Shown in pieces: positions 1 through 16,743 of a stretch of DNA of 64,000 nt. The stretch's first letter is position 1; every line of letters starts with the position of its first letter. A program made the translations under genes and the position numbers. The DNA lies in contig OZ024741.1 of the NCBI GenBank assembly GCA_964016885.1, forward strand, positions 297,538,001-297,602,000, in the 5' to 3' direction. This stretch comes from Eledone cirrhosa (taxonomy: Eukaryota). The notes below the pieces were generated by a model, which worked only from the letters and a program-made list of their open reading frames with translations, ran no database searches and was not told the DNA's origin.

Positions 1-269
1 AAATGCTTTGACAAATGCTTTGAGTTTTTGAGGGATCTGTATTACCCTCTATTTTGTCTTAGTAGCAATAAGAAAGAGATTGGTAACGATCCTGGATTTT
101 AGTGAACGCAGCGGCGGGTATTCACTGATTCGAGCCTATTTTGATGTTGGTGGACCACGTGACTAAGTCTGTCATACGAGGAGAACGTCGCTATCAATGG
201 TTGACAAACTCATAGAGGTGGGATCTCGGAAAACATACTGGTGGTTGCACAACCTTAATGCTTACTGTA
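1..269 (+). mobile_element. Possible degenerate Tc1/mariner 3' remnant
   Basis: Decayed similarity to the transposase C-terminal SPDLxPIExxW region around 118-220; ends in ...CTTACTG followed by TA. Weak, by eye only. Confidence 0.3.
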
Positions 270-367
270 TCACATGAATTTTACTTTATATTTTAAACTA
301 CAGTTGAATTTTATTTATTGTTTTTACTACAAAATAACAAAACATGAAATTTATTCGCCACATTAGT

Positions 368-1687
368 GACCACCAAAGAGAATGTCCTCATCCTCGGGTC
401 ACCGATCCACCCGCCGGCCATCCGCTCCACCATCAGGTCCAGGCTTCAACAGCTCCAGACTCTCACGAGCCGACTGGGCTTGATTGACGGCCACCCAGCT
501 CTCTTTCTGCTGAGGAACTGCTTCGCCATGCCGAAGCTCCTCTATACACCCCGCAGCGCTCCATGCTACACCCAGACATCTCTCCTCGCTGACCTCGATA
601 CTTGTATCCGAGTAGCAGCCGAGGGGATATGCAACGTCAAGTTTGACGACATAGGGTGGCAACAGGCCACTTTACAGGTCAGGTATGGAGGCATAGGCTT
701 CCGGTCCCCGATCTCACTAGCTTTGCCGGCGTATCTTTCGTCAGTAACCTCATGCCGCGTCCTCGTCAGCAGGGTTCTTCAAAACACAACAGAACCCTCT
801 GTGTTCAGAGAACATGAGGCTGCTTGTGAGACGTGGGACCGGATGGGACTTAGCCCAGTAGACTCCCTCCTCCTTCTCCCCCTGTTGACGTCAAGTCCCC
901 CCAACGCACTTGGGATGCCATCCAGTGCAGCCTGGCCTCAGACAGGCTCACGCGCCAACTCGACCAGCACCACCTTGCTTGTTTTCGTGCGGCCTCCAAA
1001 CCCCACAGTGGTGCCTGGCTCCATGCTCTGCCCTCCTTCTCCACTGGCACACAGCTAGTCAACCATAGCCTGCGAATCGGCGTTTCCCTGAGGCTCGGCC
1101 TCCGGATTTGCCAGCCACACCAATGTCGCTGCGGTTCCACCGTGGACTCTTTCGGCCTCCACCCGCTTTCCTGTCGCCACAGTGCCGGCCGCATTCCACG
1201 CCATACTGCCATCAACGAGGTCATTAAGCATGGCTTGGACGCTGCAGGCTTTCCTTCCCAGCTCGAGCCGGTGGGGCTGGATCGGGGGACGGCAAAAGGC
1301 CAGATGGGATGACCATCTTCCCGTTCCGCGGTGGCAAACCCCTCGTCTGGGATGCCACTTGCACCGACACTTTCTGCAGCCGCAAGCTGGTGCAGTGTGC
1401 GACTGACCCAGGTTCTGCTGCACGTCGGGCTGAGGGGGCCAAACTCCTCAAATACCGGTCGCTCTCCGACAAGTTTGCGGTCGTTCCCCTGGCAGTGGAA
1501 ACTTCTGGTGTCCTCGGTCCCAGGGCTACCTCCTTACTCCCCACCATAGGCGCTGAGCTGGCCAGCCGCAGGTGTGAGCCCCGCGAGTTGGAGTGGCTTT
1601 TCCAGCGCGTCTCCCTTGCCGTCCTCCGGGAAACGCCTTCTCCATTCTGTCCGCCGGGGCTGTGGGTGGGCCCCATCGCGTACCATT
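368..1687 (+). mobile_element. 5'-truncated CRE-clade (RLE-type) non-LTR retrotransposon, frameshifted
   Basis: ORFs 366-1058 and 1309-1698 plus the intervening frame give the post-RT region (WQQATLQVRYGGIG), a CRCG..H..SC zinc knuckle, RH..IN and the restriction-like endonuclease motifs KRPDG..PLVWDAT..ETSG. ACATTAGT flanks both ends (360-367, 1688-1695), a candidate TSD. Confidence 0.85.
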
Positions 1688-1784
1688 ACATTAGTTAAAT
1701 ACCATTCTTTCATCTCATACATATATATTGCACGAGTTAAATTAATGGACTTATCAGAATGACGTCTATACATTTTATTTGTAG

Positions 1785-1896
1785 GTATATTATGATTTCA
1801 GTAAAAAGTTATTTCGATTGGATTATTACGAACACCAGCAGGGAAATTTCGGTTATCTAGCTGGCCCCATGACACAGATCCATGATTTTAATACAG
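1785..1896 (+). CDS. Host gene exon A (VYYDFSKKLFRLDYYEHQQGNFGYLAGPMTQIHDFNTG)
   Basis: TTTGTAG acceptor, GTGGGT donor, open frame; ends in phase 1, matching the exon at 11817 (IHDFNTG|TAYVF). Confidence 0.8.
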
Positions 1897-2151
1897 GTGG
1901 GTCACGGATGATGTTACAATTATTTATTTTGTTATTCTAATTATTATTCATCTGTTTAGAAATACAATACGATTTTCCTATATGAAGAGAGGATTAGTTA
2001 AATCTTTACAAAACACATAAAATTGTTCATTGTATGAGAATGCCCTAACAATATTTACAAATCCTGTGTAACGGATGTGTTATGTTGATTTGATCAGTGT
2101 TTGGATGAAAAGAATAATGTCATGATTGAGTTGTTAACAATGTTTATTTTA

Positions 2152-2582
2152 TAACTAACAGAGGTAGCCGGCGTTGCTCGGGTATTAAATAGCAGGTATG
2201 TATACCATTTATGTCAATACTTCAGTGCTGCTTCGAAAACTATACTTTTACAAAATCATCGGCTTTTTCCAAAAGGGGGTTCCTGCTCCCAGGGGTCTCC
2301 TACTCAATATGTGCCAAGTCTGAGAGTTCACATTCATCTGTAAAACAAACGTAGCCCATGTGTCAAGTTTTGTGAAAATCGGTTGCGAACTCCAGAAGTT
2401 ATGACGTTTTGTTGCATTGCACTGCAGTGCTTCAGTCGACTCCAAGGAAGTGGTTAAAGGGGGTTATCTGCTGGGAGGTCCTATAATCAATATCTGGAAA
2501 AATGAAAGTGCCCATGACCATCCGGAGTACATAAGTAACGTATGTCTTAAGTTTGGTGAAAATACTGTAGAAATGCATAAGG

Positions 2583-2634
<52 letters not shown>

Positions 2635-2935
2635 TATGTGTGTATGTATTTGTGTGTGCGTATGTATATGTATGTGTATGTCCGTCGGCACATGATTTCC
2701 GGGGCTGGAAATCATTCGGTTATTTTAAATATTAGTCTAACGACTCCATTTATACCAAAAACTTGGTCTTGTCTTTGCATGAAATTGTTCTTCTCGGTCC
2801 ACATAACGACGTATTATCCTCGCTTTTTTTCCGTTCATTACCAGGGAACGTCTTCACGAACCAAAATATCGTCTTCCTGTTTCCCGTTAATGTTGAAAGC
2901 AGCGATTCTTTGCTTAAACTTTAATCTGTTATTAT

Positions 2936-2994
<59 letters not shown>

Positions 2995-3818
2995 TATTAA
3001 TAATGAGTTCAAACCTCAGGCAGTCCTTTACAATGAAATAGCTCAAAGAAATATTTCCGAGCCGTGTAATACAAGTTAATATAAATTAATATATTTGATA
3101 AACACAAATACCAACATTTCCGTGTTTGTATTGTAAACGACTAAAGTTAGCTAGATTGAAAAATACTAATTATAATAATAGTTTGCCTGTCTCGATTTAA
3201 AATAATGCTGGGGGAGGGAGTTTCGAATTTGAACGAAATCGGTTGAAAAATGTGGGAGCTAGAGTCGAAAAGGCGAAAATTTGAGCGAAAAGGTGGTATT
3301 TTCGAATATTTAAGCGGCTGCCACGTCGTTCCTCAACAAAAAATCCAAAATGTAAAGCCACTTTAAGACGTGAAATAATCAGATCTAGCGTAGTGTGAAA
3401 TTTGAACAAAGTAGGTTGATTAATGTGGGAGATAGAGCCGAAAAGGTGGAAATTTGAGACTAAAAGTGGTATTTTTAAATATTTAAGCGGCTGCCACGCC
3501 GTCCCTGAACAACAAAGGCAAAATATAAAGCCATTACAGGATGTGCAATGATAAATTCTATTTTGCTTTAAAATTTGAACGAAATCGGTCGCAAAATGTG
3601 GGAGCTAGAGCCAAAAATCTTATTTTTCGATACCTAAAGAAAAGTGACCTCCCCTATCAATTTTTATCTGCAGAATGACCCCAGAATAAAAAAAAAAAAC
3701 GATACGCTGATATATAGAAAACACTCCCCTATGAGCCTGTAAAGTTTCATGAAAATCGGTCGTAAGATGTAGGCTCCTATAGGTAATACACACACACACA
3801 CATACTTAATTTTATATA
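2152..3818 (+). mobile_element. Non-autonomous Helitron/Helentron-like element(s), possibly composite
   Basis: 5' ACTA..CCGGCGTTGCTCGGG hairpin, internal ~173-bp tandem units (3220-3620), 3' GAAAATCGG..(CA)n..TTTTATATAG end; the 3' part is homologous to 22120-23033 in the opposite orientation. Confidence 0.5.
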
Positions 3819-3839
3819 GTTTCCATTTGTTTAATATCG

Positions 3840-3880
<41 letters not shown>

Positions 3881-4165
3881 GGGGGGGGGGGGAGATGCTT
3901 TGTAAGGCTTTTGGAAGAAGGAGTGACCAGCAGTACGTTGTTCGGTTTTATTACGAAAAGGTGTAGCAGAGAATCCCGCGTGAACTAACAGCTCAGGAGG
4001 AAACTGCTTACCTCGAAGATTCATTCGTTATCGTTCTTGTCAACGCTTCGTTTACTTGGTATTTGTTGGTCTACAGTTAGATGAATGGCGCACAAAGGGT
4101 TAATGTTTATTGGCAAGAAGTTTTTTGAATAATAAAAGACGGGTTAAAGCGACCTACAATGTATC

Positions 4166-4213
<48 letters not shown>

Positions 4214-4223
4214 AACCAGTAAG

Positions 4224-4317
4224 ACCCCGACAGCTGAGCTCAAGCCGTTTCGACGGCTAATTCTGGACTAAATGAAAATTTATCCTGGTATTTAAATAGC
4301 CGATCTTCTCAAGGGGT
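4224..4317 (-). ncRNA. Type I hammerhead ribozyme, U3-A8 core variant
   Basis: Minus strand reads ACCCC-TTGAGAA-[GATCGGCTA...TAGCCGTC]-GAAA-CGGCTTGAGCTCAGCTG-TC-GGGGT; all three stems pair and the cleavage triplet is GUC. Confidence 0.8.
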
Positions 4318-5403
4318 AATTCCATATATGGTCAAAGTGATTGTCAAAAATCAGTAGTAATTCTGTGGTTGCAAATTAGTAGGGGAGATGGTGGCTAAAC
4401 CTGCCAGTAGGAGAAAGAGGGGAGGGGGTGGAGTAGACCCAATCAAGCGTTGGTAGTGCCAGCTACATCTGGGCATGAGGTCAAAGAAGATACAGGGGAG
4501 GGGGAGGGGGAGGAAGTCGGAACGGTAGGTAGAACAATGGGGGGTAGAAATAGGAAAGAAAAAATACTGAGAGTGAAGAAAAGCAAATAAGTGTAAAGAA
4601 AAAAGTAAAGTAAATTAAATTCTACGACCTAGGTGTCAGGCTATTGTTAGGCGAGAATAAAATAAAGAAAGAAAGAAAGAAGTAAATAAATAAATAAATA
4701 AATAAATAAGGAAATAAGTAAGAGAACTAGGTGGGACGGATAAGGCAAGGACCCTTTTAAGAGGTATAAGTACGTAAATGATACGGTGACGGGTCAACAA
4801 AAGGGGCCAAAATACTAAAGAGACTACCACGAAATAAACAATAAAGGTTTCCATCCCGGGCCAGCAACGACCCAGTGCAGCAAAGTGAACTTGTACGAGA
4901 TAATAATTCTGAGTCCCGAGAAAAATATATACTAATGCTAACTCTAAAAGATCTAAAACAAGCTACATGAAAGTTCGTACGAAATAAAGGGAGAATACGG
5001 AGAAATAAATTCAGAATCCACCCCGCCCGGAGGAAAAGCGAAGCAAGAAATACTGAAACGAAAAAATAAGGCATAAGTGCCACTAAGAAATATAGAGGGC
5101 ACAGAGAATAGTGGGAGCGGTCGGAAAAAGGGGGAAAGTATCCGGGGTCTAAGCCAACTGCTATAAAGGGCGGAGTCCGCCAAATCTATCAAAGACTAGG
5201 GGGGGGGGTACTGAGGCTACATGGGGCCAAAGGGCAGCCTCGGGTGGGCGAGAAAAGACGCCGACAAAGGAGAAGAGCTGGGGTAGAAGGACAAAGGAGA
5301 GAGGGGGGAAGGAAATAAAGGAAGCGATAAAAGAATACAAAGAAGATCTTACGTCTTCCTTGGCAAGCAGGGGTTACCCATTGCAAAATCGGCAACTGGG
5401 GTG

Positions 5404-8965
<3,562 letters not shown>

Positions 8966-8979
8966 AGCTAATATATAAT

Positions 8980-9143
8980 AGATATATATATATATACATA
9001 TACAGATATATATATATATATATATACAGATATATATATATATATATATATACATATACAGATATATATATATATATATATATATACAGATATATATATA
9101 TATATATATATACATATACAGATATATATATATATATATATAC

Positions 9144-9182
<39 letters not shown>

Positions 9183-9257
9183 CAGATATATATATATACA
9201 TATACAGATATATATATATATATATATACATATACAGATATATATATATATATATAC

Positions 9258-9312
<55 letters not shown>

Positions 9313-9371
9313 GATATATATATATATATATATACATATACAGATATATATATATATATATATACATATAC

Positions 9372-9428
<57 letters not shown>

Positions 9429-9597
9429 CAGATATATATACATATACAGATATATATATATACATATACAGATATATATACATATACAGATATATATATA
9501 TATATACATATTTATATATATATACATATACAGATATATATATATATATATACATATTTATATATATATACATATACAGATATATATATATATATAT
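8980..9597. repeat. Degenerate (TA)n tract with TACATATACAGA units
   Basis: Seen directly. Confidence 0.95.
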
Positions 9598-9598
9598 A

Positions 9599-9760
9599 AC
9601 GGCGATGAATTAGTTTTGCGAGGTTTTTGATATGAAATCGTGTGTCGAAACAAATATTGTTATACTTGAGGAGGGTCATATTTGTGTAATAATATTGCCA
9701 GAATTAATAACAGAACACACTCACTGTTTGGTTGGTTTTCGCTTCTGTGTCTTTTATATT
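9599..9760 (-). mobile_element. Diverged 3' terminus related to the PLE family at 36106/49985/62935
   Basis: TGAAATCGTGTGTCGAAACAAATATTGTTATACTTGAGGAGGGTCAT closely resembles 62970-63017. Confidence 0.55.
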
Positions 9761-9844
9761 TTAATTTAATTTAATTTAATGGTAACATTGAGGACCGAAT
9801 AAATTAAATTAACCTCAGCAATGACGTGTTCATCAGAATGTCGT

Positions 9845-10095
9845 TATGCAGACAGACAGACATACAGACAGATATCAGGGCTCGACGGAGATTGATAACC
9901 GGCGCCTAACACCCCTTTAATAACAAAAAATTGAAAAATAGAAGCCGCAGTTAGTATCTTTAGATCGCAAGGAATATATAAATGCAAGTTTGAAGTCAAT
10001 CGGAATAGAAATTTGGATTTGTATAGACTTTGCAAAAATGAGGACACACACACACACACACGCACACACACAACAACAGTTTTATATATATAGAT
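9845..10095 (+). mobile_element. Helitron-like non-autonomous 3' end
   Basis: (CAGA)n, AAGTTTGAAGTCAATCGG, (CA)n and a TTTTATATATATAGAT terminus. Confidence 0.4.
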
Positions 10096-10819
10096 AACAA
10101 TATCCGATTTGAAAATCGAGTAATAAAATTTATGACATGAACCGTCGCTACATTAAATTGTTGGCTCTACGAGCCAACGTGAACATGTATCAGTGAAGAC
10201 TATATAGTATGAGTTGTGTTGTGTCTTGAATATACAATATTACAGATAGAATAGGATGAGCGTATAATATAACAATATGAACTTACTATGTGCGTGTGTG
10301 TGCCTATTCTTAGTTTATCTTATTCTCATAGTAGTAATGGTCAATCTGTCAGGCAGGCATGGCTGGCTGTCTGGCTGAGAAGGTAAGCCAGTAAGGGTCA
10401 GGAGAAAGATAGGGTGAAAGGTCTACTGATGCTACATAGTTATCTTCTTGACTGCTGCTTCGATTCTCCTCCTTTGGTTCCCTAAGTCCTTGTATTTATA
10501 ATAAGTGCTAAAGTAAGAAGGATGGATATATGAGGTTGATCCGTTATTCAAACTGATGGAACACTGGGCGCTGGAACCAACAGATGTTCAACACATCATT
10601 TCTGTTGTGCCATTCACAAACGAGATGATAGACACATTCTTTAACAGCCATATTGTTTTTAATTCGACTCTTACGTTGGCCTAATTCATTTGCTCTCTAC
10701 TGAACAGTTCCGTTATGTCGATAAACAGTGCACTACTGTATTTTTTGTCATGGAAAATAATGTTAATAATATTATGTGCTATCTGGTAGTCTGTCTGAAT
10801 GTTGAAGTTTTATATGAGA

Positions 10820-11146
10820 CGCAGCCTGGCCGAATGGTTAAGAATTTCTCTTCCAGTTCGATTCCACTGAGTAGAATCCTGGACAAGTGTGATTACTGTA
10901 TCCTCGGGTGAACCTATGCCTTGTGAATGAAACTAGGAAGAAAGAAACTGTTTGGAAGCCTGTCGGATGGACTGTAATTGAAGGGACCACCCATATGACA
11001 CTCAGTCATGCTGAATCTCCCTGAGAATTACGTTTTAGGGTACACGTGTCTGTTGAATGCTCAACTACTTATACGTTAGCATTATGAGCAGGTTGTTCCG
11101 ATGTTTGAACCACTGGAACACTCATCGTCGAAACCGATGGAGACCG
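10820..11146 (+). mobile_element. tRNA-derived SINE
   Basis: A-box TGGCCGAATGG and B-box GTTCGATTCC in the head, followed by a SINE-length body. Confidence 0.6.
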
Positions 11147-11816
11147 AAAACAGAGTATTTTCAAAATGTCATTTTCTAAGACAAAGTTTTACATAAGTAT
11201 CACAAAGGTGTATTAAATAAATGCCGCATGGTTTATATTCATCACTATATCGATACTGTCAACTTACCGCCTTCAGTATAATTCACGAGTATTCTGTTAG
11301 TTAAACAGTAAATGATTTAGTTATTCACCGTCACCACGATTGCATTTACCATCAATACCGCAACCAACTCCAACTCACCACAAGCCTTCACCCTTTCCCT
11401 ACTAAAACAATATGATCATCACCTTCGTCACAACCACCACACCATTATCATTATTACCACCACAGTCACTGTTACCAGCACCATACCCAGGCTTCTTTTT
11501 GTCATTATACTCGCCATTGTCGTCATCCATTATTATAACTTCTGCATGCTAGTGATTATTTTAGCCTGTAGTTGACACTCGCTTTCAAGTTCTAAATCTA
11601 AATTTATATTCTGTGTTAAATACTACATACACTTACATGTTAAATGATGGCTAAAAGACTTTAAATACTCATAAAATGCTTAAAATAGCCATTACAAATG
11701 CTTCTCAGACTCAGAGGATATTACTTACCGGGTCATGGTACCTGACTCAAAGTCTTGTGCAGTTCTAAAGTTTCTTTAAAATAAACCCTTCAACATGTTT
11801 TTTCTCTATATTTCAG

Positions 11817-11977
11817 GCACCGCCTACGTTTTCGCAAGAAATAAAATGTATTGTAACGTAAAACCCATTAAAGATTTGAAACCTAAGTATACAGAATTAG
11901 ACGCTGCTGGAGACAAAATGAGGACCACCCAGGAAATGTTTCGTTTGAATAATTCCATTTATATTTATGAAGGACAA
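11817..11977 (+). CDS. Host gene exon B (TAYVFARNKMYCNVKPIKDLKPKYTELDAAGDKMRTTQEMFRLNNSIYIYEGQ)
   Basis: Polypyrimidine tract plus TTTCAG acceptor, GTAATT donor; phase 1 to phase 0. Confidence 0.8.
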
Positions 11978-12309
11978 GTAATTATACATTTTTAAAGATG
12001 GCTGACTGACAACAACGCGTGCTTTCTCTCTTCTCTACAACTTTTCTACGACTCATTTTTACTCTCTTCTGTATTCTGTCTCCTTTACTCCTTTTCTATC
12101 TTCCGACAAAGGACCGGTCTCCGAAGCGTTCAGCTTCTTTTTAAACCATATCAAACGTTAAACTAATATACTATTATTGTATTGTATTGTTCTCATGTGT
12201 TGGTTTTCTTTGTTGATATTTCTTAATTGTACATTTAATCAGTACTGAGTTTTGTCTTTGTTTAGTCCCTTGTTAACTCTTATTCATCAGAGATATGACC
12301 TATGATGTA

Positions 12310-12450
12310 TGGTTGAATTGGCAGGGTCGTTAGAGCGCAGAATAAAATACCTTGCAATATTTCTACTTCTTCATGCACTGATTTCAATTCCGAACAAGGT
12401 CAAATTTGCCTTCCATCCTTTCAGGGTTGATAAAATAAAGTGTCAGTTCA
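12310..12450 (+). mobile_element. Degenerate SINE of the family at 58191-58770
   Basis: TTTGCCTTCCATCCTTTCAGGGTTGATAAAATAAAGT core. Confidence 0.6.
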
Positions 12451-12716
12451 GAGCTGATGATTGATGGGATTGTAAGAGCGTTAGACGAGATGCCTTGTGA
12501 TACTTGACCAAGTTCATTTTAACGCATCATTGCCTTCCCTTTAAACATGTCTACTGGCGGAAGTAAAGCATACCGTTAAGCGGGGAATGGAAATCAATGT
12601 TTTAAAACCATTATGCCGGACAAATATGTCCATAGTAAAATTTGATCTCAAAAGTACAAGGCAATGTAATACATGACAAATTAGTAAATTATATTTTTCT
12701 ATATACCATTTTCCAG

Positions 12717-12818
12717 AGAACAGTACGTGGTATCTTGTGTGATGTGTGGATTGCACATAGAAACGACTATCCAATACCAGGTTCATCGGTGTCCGTATGG
12801 GAATGGTACTTTGCTTCA
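12717..12818 (+). CDS. Host gene exon C (RTVRGILCDVWIAHRNDYPIPGSSVSVWEWYFAS)
   Basis: TTTTCCAG acceptor, GTAAGT donor, phase 0/0; joins exon B as YIYEGQ|RTVRGILCDVW. Confidence 0.85.
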
Positions 12819-12868
12819 GTAAGTATCACATCGATTTTACATTTGTCTGGCACATTAGCTTTTGATAT

Positions 12869-12916
<48 letters not shown>

Positions 12917-13162
12917 GTGTATACATGTATACATATATATATATACATATATATATATATGTATATATATACATATATATATGTATATATATATATGTAT
13001 ATATATATACATATATGTATATCTATTTTATTTCTCATTCTTTATTCTGAAACGTTAAGACCCTCTTCCTGCTATATCAAGCGTTAACCTAATATATACC
13101 TTCCCTATACTGTACCGATTGTGTTGTTATTTCTGTTTACCTTTTACATATATATATATATA

Positions 13163-13654
13163 TCATCTACATCTAAGGCGGGTAAAATTCCCGAGATCTA
13201 TGGACGAGTTCTCTCCAGCGGTCTCTGTCCCTCATTATCGCTGCCATGTCCTGCGTCTCCAACAGACCAGTGTCTGTCCTTAGGGCATCAACATACGTTA
13301 ACCTTGGTCATCCTCTTCTAGTGTGTCCATGTAGGGGCTCCCAATGGAGCACTGAGTGCAATGTCAACTCTGGATGTCGGTGAGCATGTCCAGCTAACCT
13401 CAGTCTCCTCTGTGTCACTTTTGAGCTGACTTTTGGGATGCTCCCATACAGCTCTGAGTTTTTCATCCTCAGTGTATACTGATTAATGTTCAGTATATAC
13501 TGATATTCAGTGTATACTGATTAATGCTCTTCTTTGCTGTAGTGGAGTCTGTGCTGCTGTATGGGTCTGAGACTTGGACACTGACCAAGAAACTCACTCA
13601 GATGGTGGATGGGTGCTACACGAGAATGCTGAGGATGGCTCTGAACATTAATCA

Positions 13655-13656
<2 letters not shown>
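13163..13656 (-). mobile_element. RTE-clade LINE 3' fragment with 5' inversion
   Basis: The minus strand of 13163-13495 encodes ..MKNSELYGSIPKVSSKVTQRRLRLAGHAHRH..WEP..; the plus strand of 13525-13656 encodes the immediately upstream ESVLLYGSETWTL..RMLRMALNIN. Confidence 0.85.
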
Positions 13657-13704
<48 letters not shown>

Positions 13705-13715
13705 CATATACATAT

Positions 13716-13817
13716 AAAATACAAAAGTTGTTTTACAGATGGTGACATATTCAAAACTAGAACTTAGCGTTTTAAATTCTGTTTGAAACAGAACTCAAAA
13801 CGCTAAGTTCTAGTTTT
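13716..13817. mobile_element. Small asymmetric foldback insertion in (TA)n
   Basis: Inverted repeat 13753-13817 with an extra 37 bp (13716-13752) on the left arm only. Confidence 0.6.
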
Positions 13818-13839
13818 ATGTGTATATGTATGTATATAT

Positions 13840-13872
<33 letters not shown>

Positions 13873-14252
13873 CAAGATCAAAAGATGGTTAAAAGAGTTC
13901 CATGTATTTTATTAGGCGCATTTTAAAAACAAATATCATCATGCGATGACATTTGCGTTTTCGTCAGATAAAATAGGGAGACATGATATGAAGGTTAAAA
14001 AACACTTGTGAATAGTGCAGTTTTAAATCAACATATCCTTCATACCATGTCTCCCTATTTTATCTGATGAAAACGCAAATGTCATCGCATGATGATATTT
14101 GTTTTTGAAATGCGCATAATAAAATACATGGAACTCTTTTAACCATCTTTTGATCTTATATATTATTTATACTCCAGTCCTACAGACTGTAGAGTGCTAC
14201 TTATCCGATATCTGCATTGCTTTATTGTACTACAATAAAACTCACCTCCTAC
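13873..14252. mobile_element. Inverted pair of hammerhead-bearing termini (PLE pLTR-like); tail on the right arm
   Basis: 13874-13993 is the reverse complement of 14037-14157; 14158-14252 is the tail. The same family recurs at 16155-16334. Confidence 0.8.
14056..14126 (+). ncRNA. Minimal type I hammerhead ribozyme
   Basis: TATTTTAT-CTGATGA-[AAACGCAAATGTCATC GCAT GATGATATTTGTTTTT]-GAAA-TGCGCA-TA-ATAAAATA, with a palindromic stem III. The mirror copy at 13905-13975 has GAAA changed to AAAA. Confidence 0.8.
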
Positions 14253-14447
14253 ATATATATATATATACATATACGTCAATACTCATCTTTTTCCATTTCT
14301 CCGAGGGTTCTTAACACCACTATCAGGCTAAATAATTTCTTTAATTTCTTTAGTCAAAATACGGCGATAGCTTACATTTATAATAATTTCAAACCCGCTC
14401 GCTGTTTCGAAAATATTCTTACTTGATATATACATATATATATATAT

Positions 14448-15029
14448 TTTAGTTAATTTTAGTTAATTTTATTGATTTTTTTAGTCGATTCTATTGACTG
14501 ATGAATAGCTTTGTTATATTTAACCATTCTGTCGAGAGCTTTATTCGATTTGTGATATTTTGCATTCTCGCAATATTATACATAACTGAAATCATTCGCC
14601 TAATATAAGTGTTGCCTCCCTTGCTGAACTCCACGTGGGGTCAGTAATAGTCACACTTATGTATAGCATTTGGAGCAAAAACCTGTTGATAAAGTGGCTT
14701 CCTTGTTCAATCATCTTACCAGAAGCCTAACATTCTTTATGTAAGCGGACAGTAATTGATTTATGGAGTCGCAGAAACCCAAATACTGGATTTTACGATC
14801 ACTCCAGGTTTCCGGGTAAATTTTCAATCACATATATTTTTATTGTTTGACCCGAATTACTTGGTCGTTTTTTTTGGCTTTGCGGATGATTTGTTTAACC
14901 ACCATCTCAGTGTGTTTGGCCCTTAACGTATGTTGTAGCTCTGATTCATATGAATCATCGAGCGCTTGCCACACATCTCGGAAGTTGTTTTTCGTTAATT
15001 CCTGAGCTGAGATACGATTCTCGCTAATT

Positions 15030-15030
<1 letters not shown>
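14448..15030 (+). mobile_element. Family L repeat (hammerhead-like motif at 14686-14792)
   Basis: Homologous to 55799-56167; ends ..CTCGCTAATTT against (AT)n. Confidence 0.65.
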
Positions 15031-16153
<1,123 letters not shown>

Positions 16154-16154
16154 T

Positions 16155-16334
16155 TAGAACAAAAGATGGTTAAAAGAGTTCCATGTATTTTATTATGCGC
16201 ATTTCAAAAACAAACATCATCATGCAATAATATTTGTGCTTTCAGTATGTATACTCCAGTCCTACAAACTGTAGAGTGCTTCTTCTCCGATATCTGCATT
16301 GCTTTATTGTACTACAATAAAACTCACCTCCTAC
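16155..16334. mobile_element. Second insertion of the 13873 family: inverted tail-less arm joined to the tail only
   Basis: 16156-16245 matches 13874-13965; 16250-16334 matches the tail 14168-14252. Confidence 0.8.
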
Positions 16335-16372
16335 ATATATATACATATATATATATATACATATATATATAT

Positions 16373-16462
<90 letters not shown>

Positions 16463-16645
16463 TAGCTTGACTCGTTTTTTGGCTTAGGTGGTTGATAGCT
16501 TCTTAACCGCCGTCTCAGTTTGTATGGCCTTTATAACCTATGTTTATTGCTCTGGTCTCTTTTGCTCCATGGAGCGCTTGCCAGCATGACTCGGAAATTG
16601 CGTTGCGTTTCGTTTATTTCTACCCATACGATTCTCGGTGAATTT
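16463..16645 (+). mobile_element. Family L 3' end fragment
   Basis: Ends ATACGATTCTCGGTGAATTT, like 15012-15030. Confidence 0.5.
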
Positions 16646-16659
16646 ATATTTATATATAT

Positions 16660-16739
<80 letters not shown>

Positions 16740-16743
<4 letters not shown>

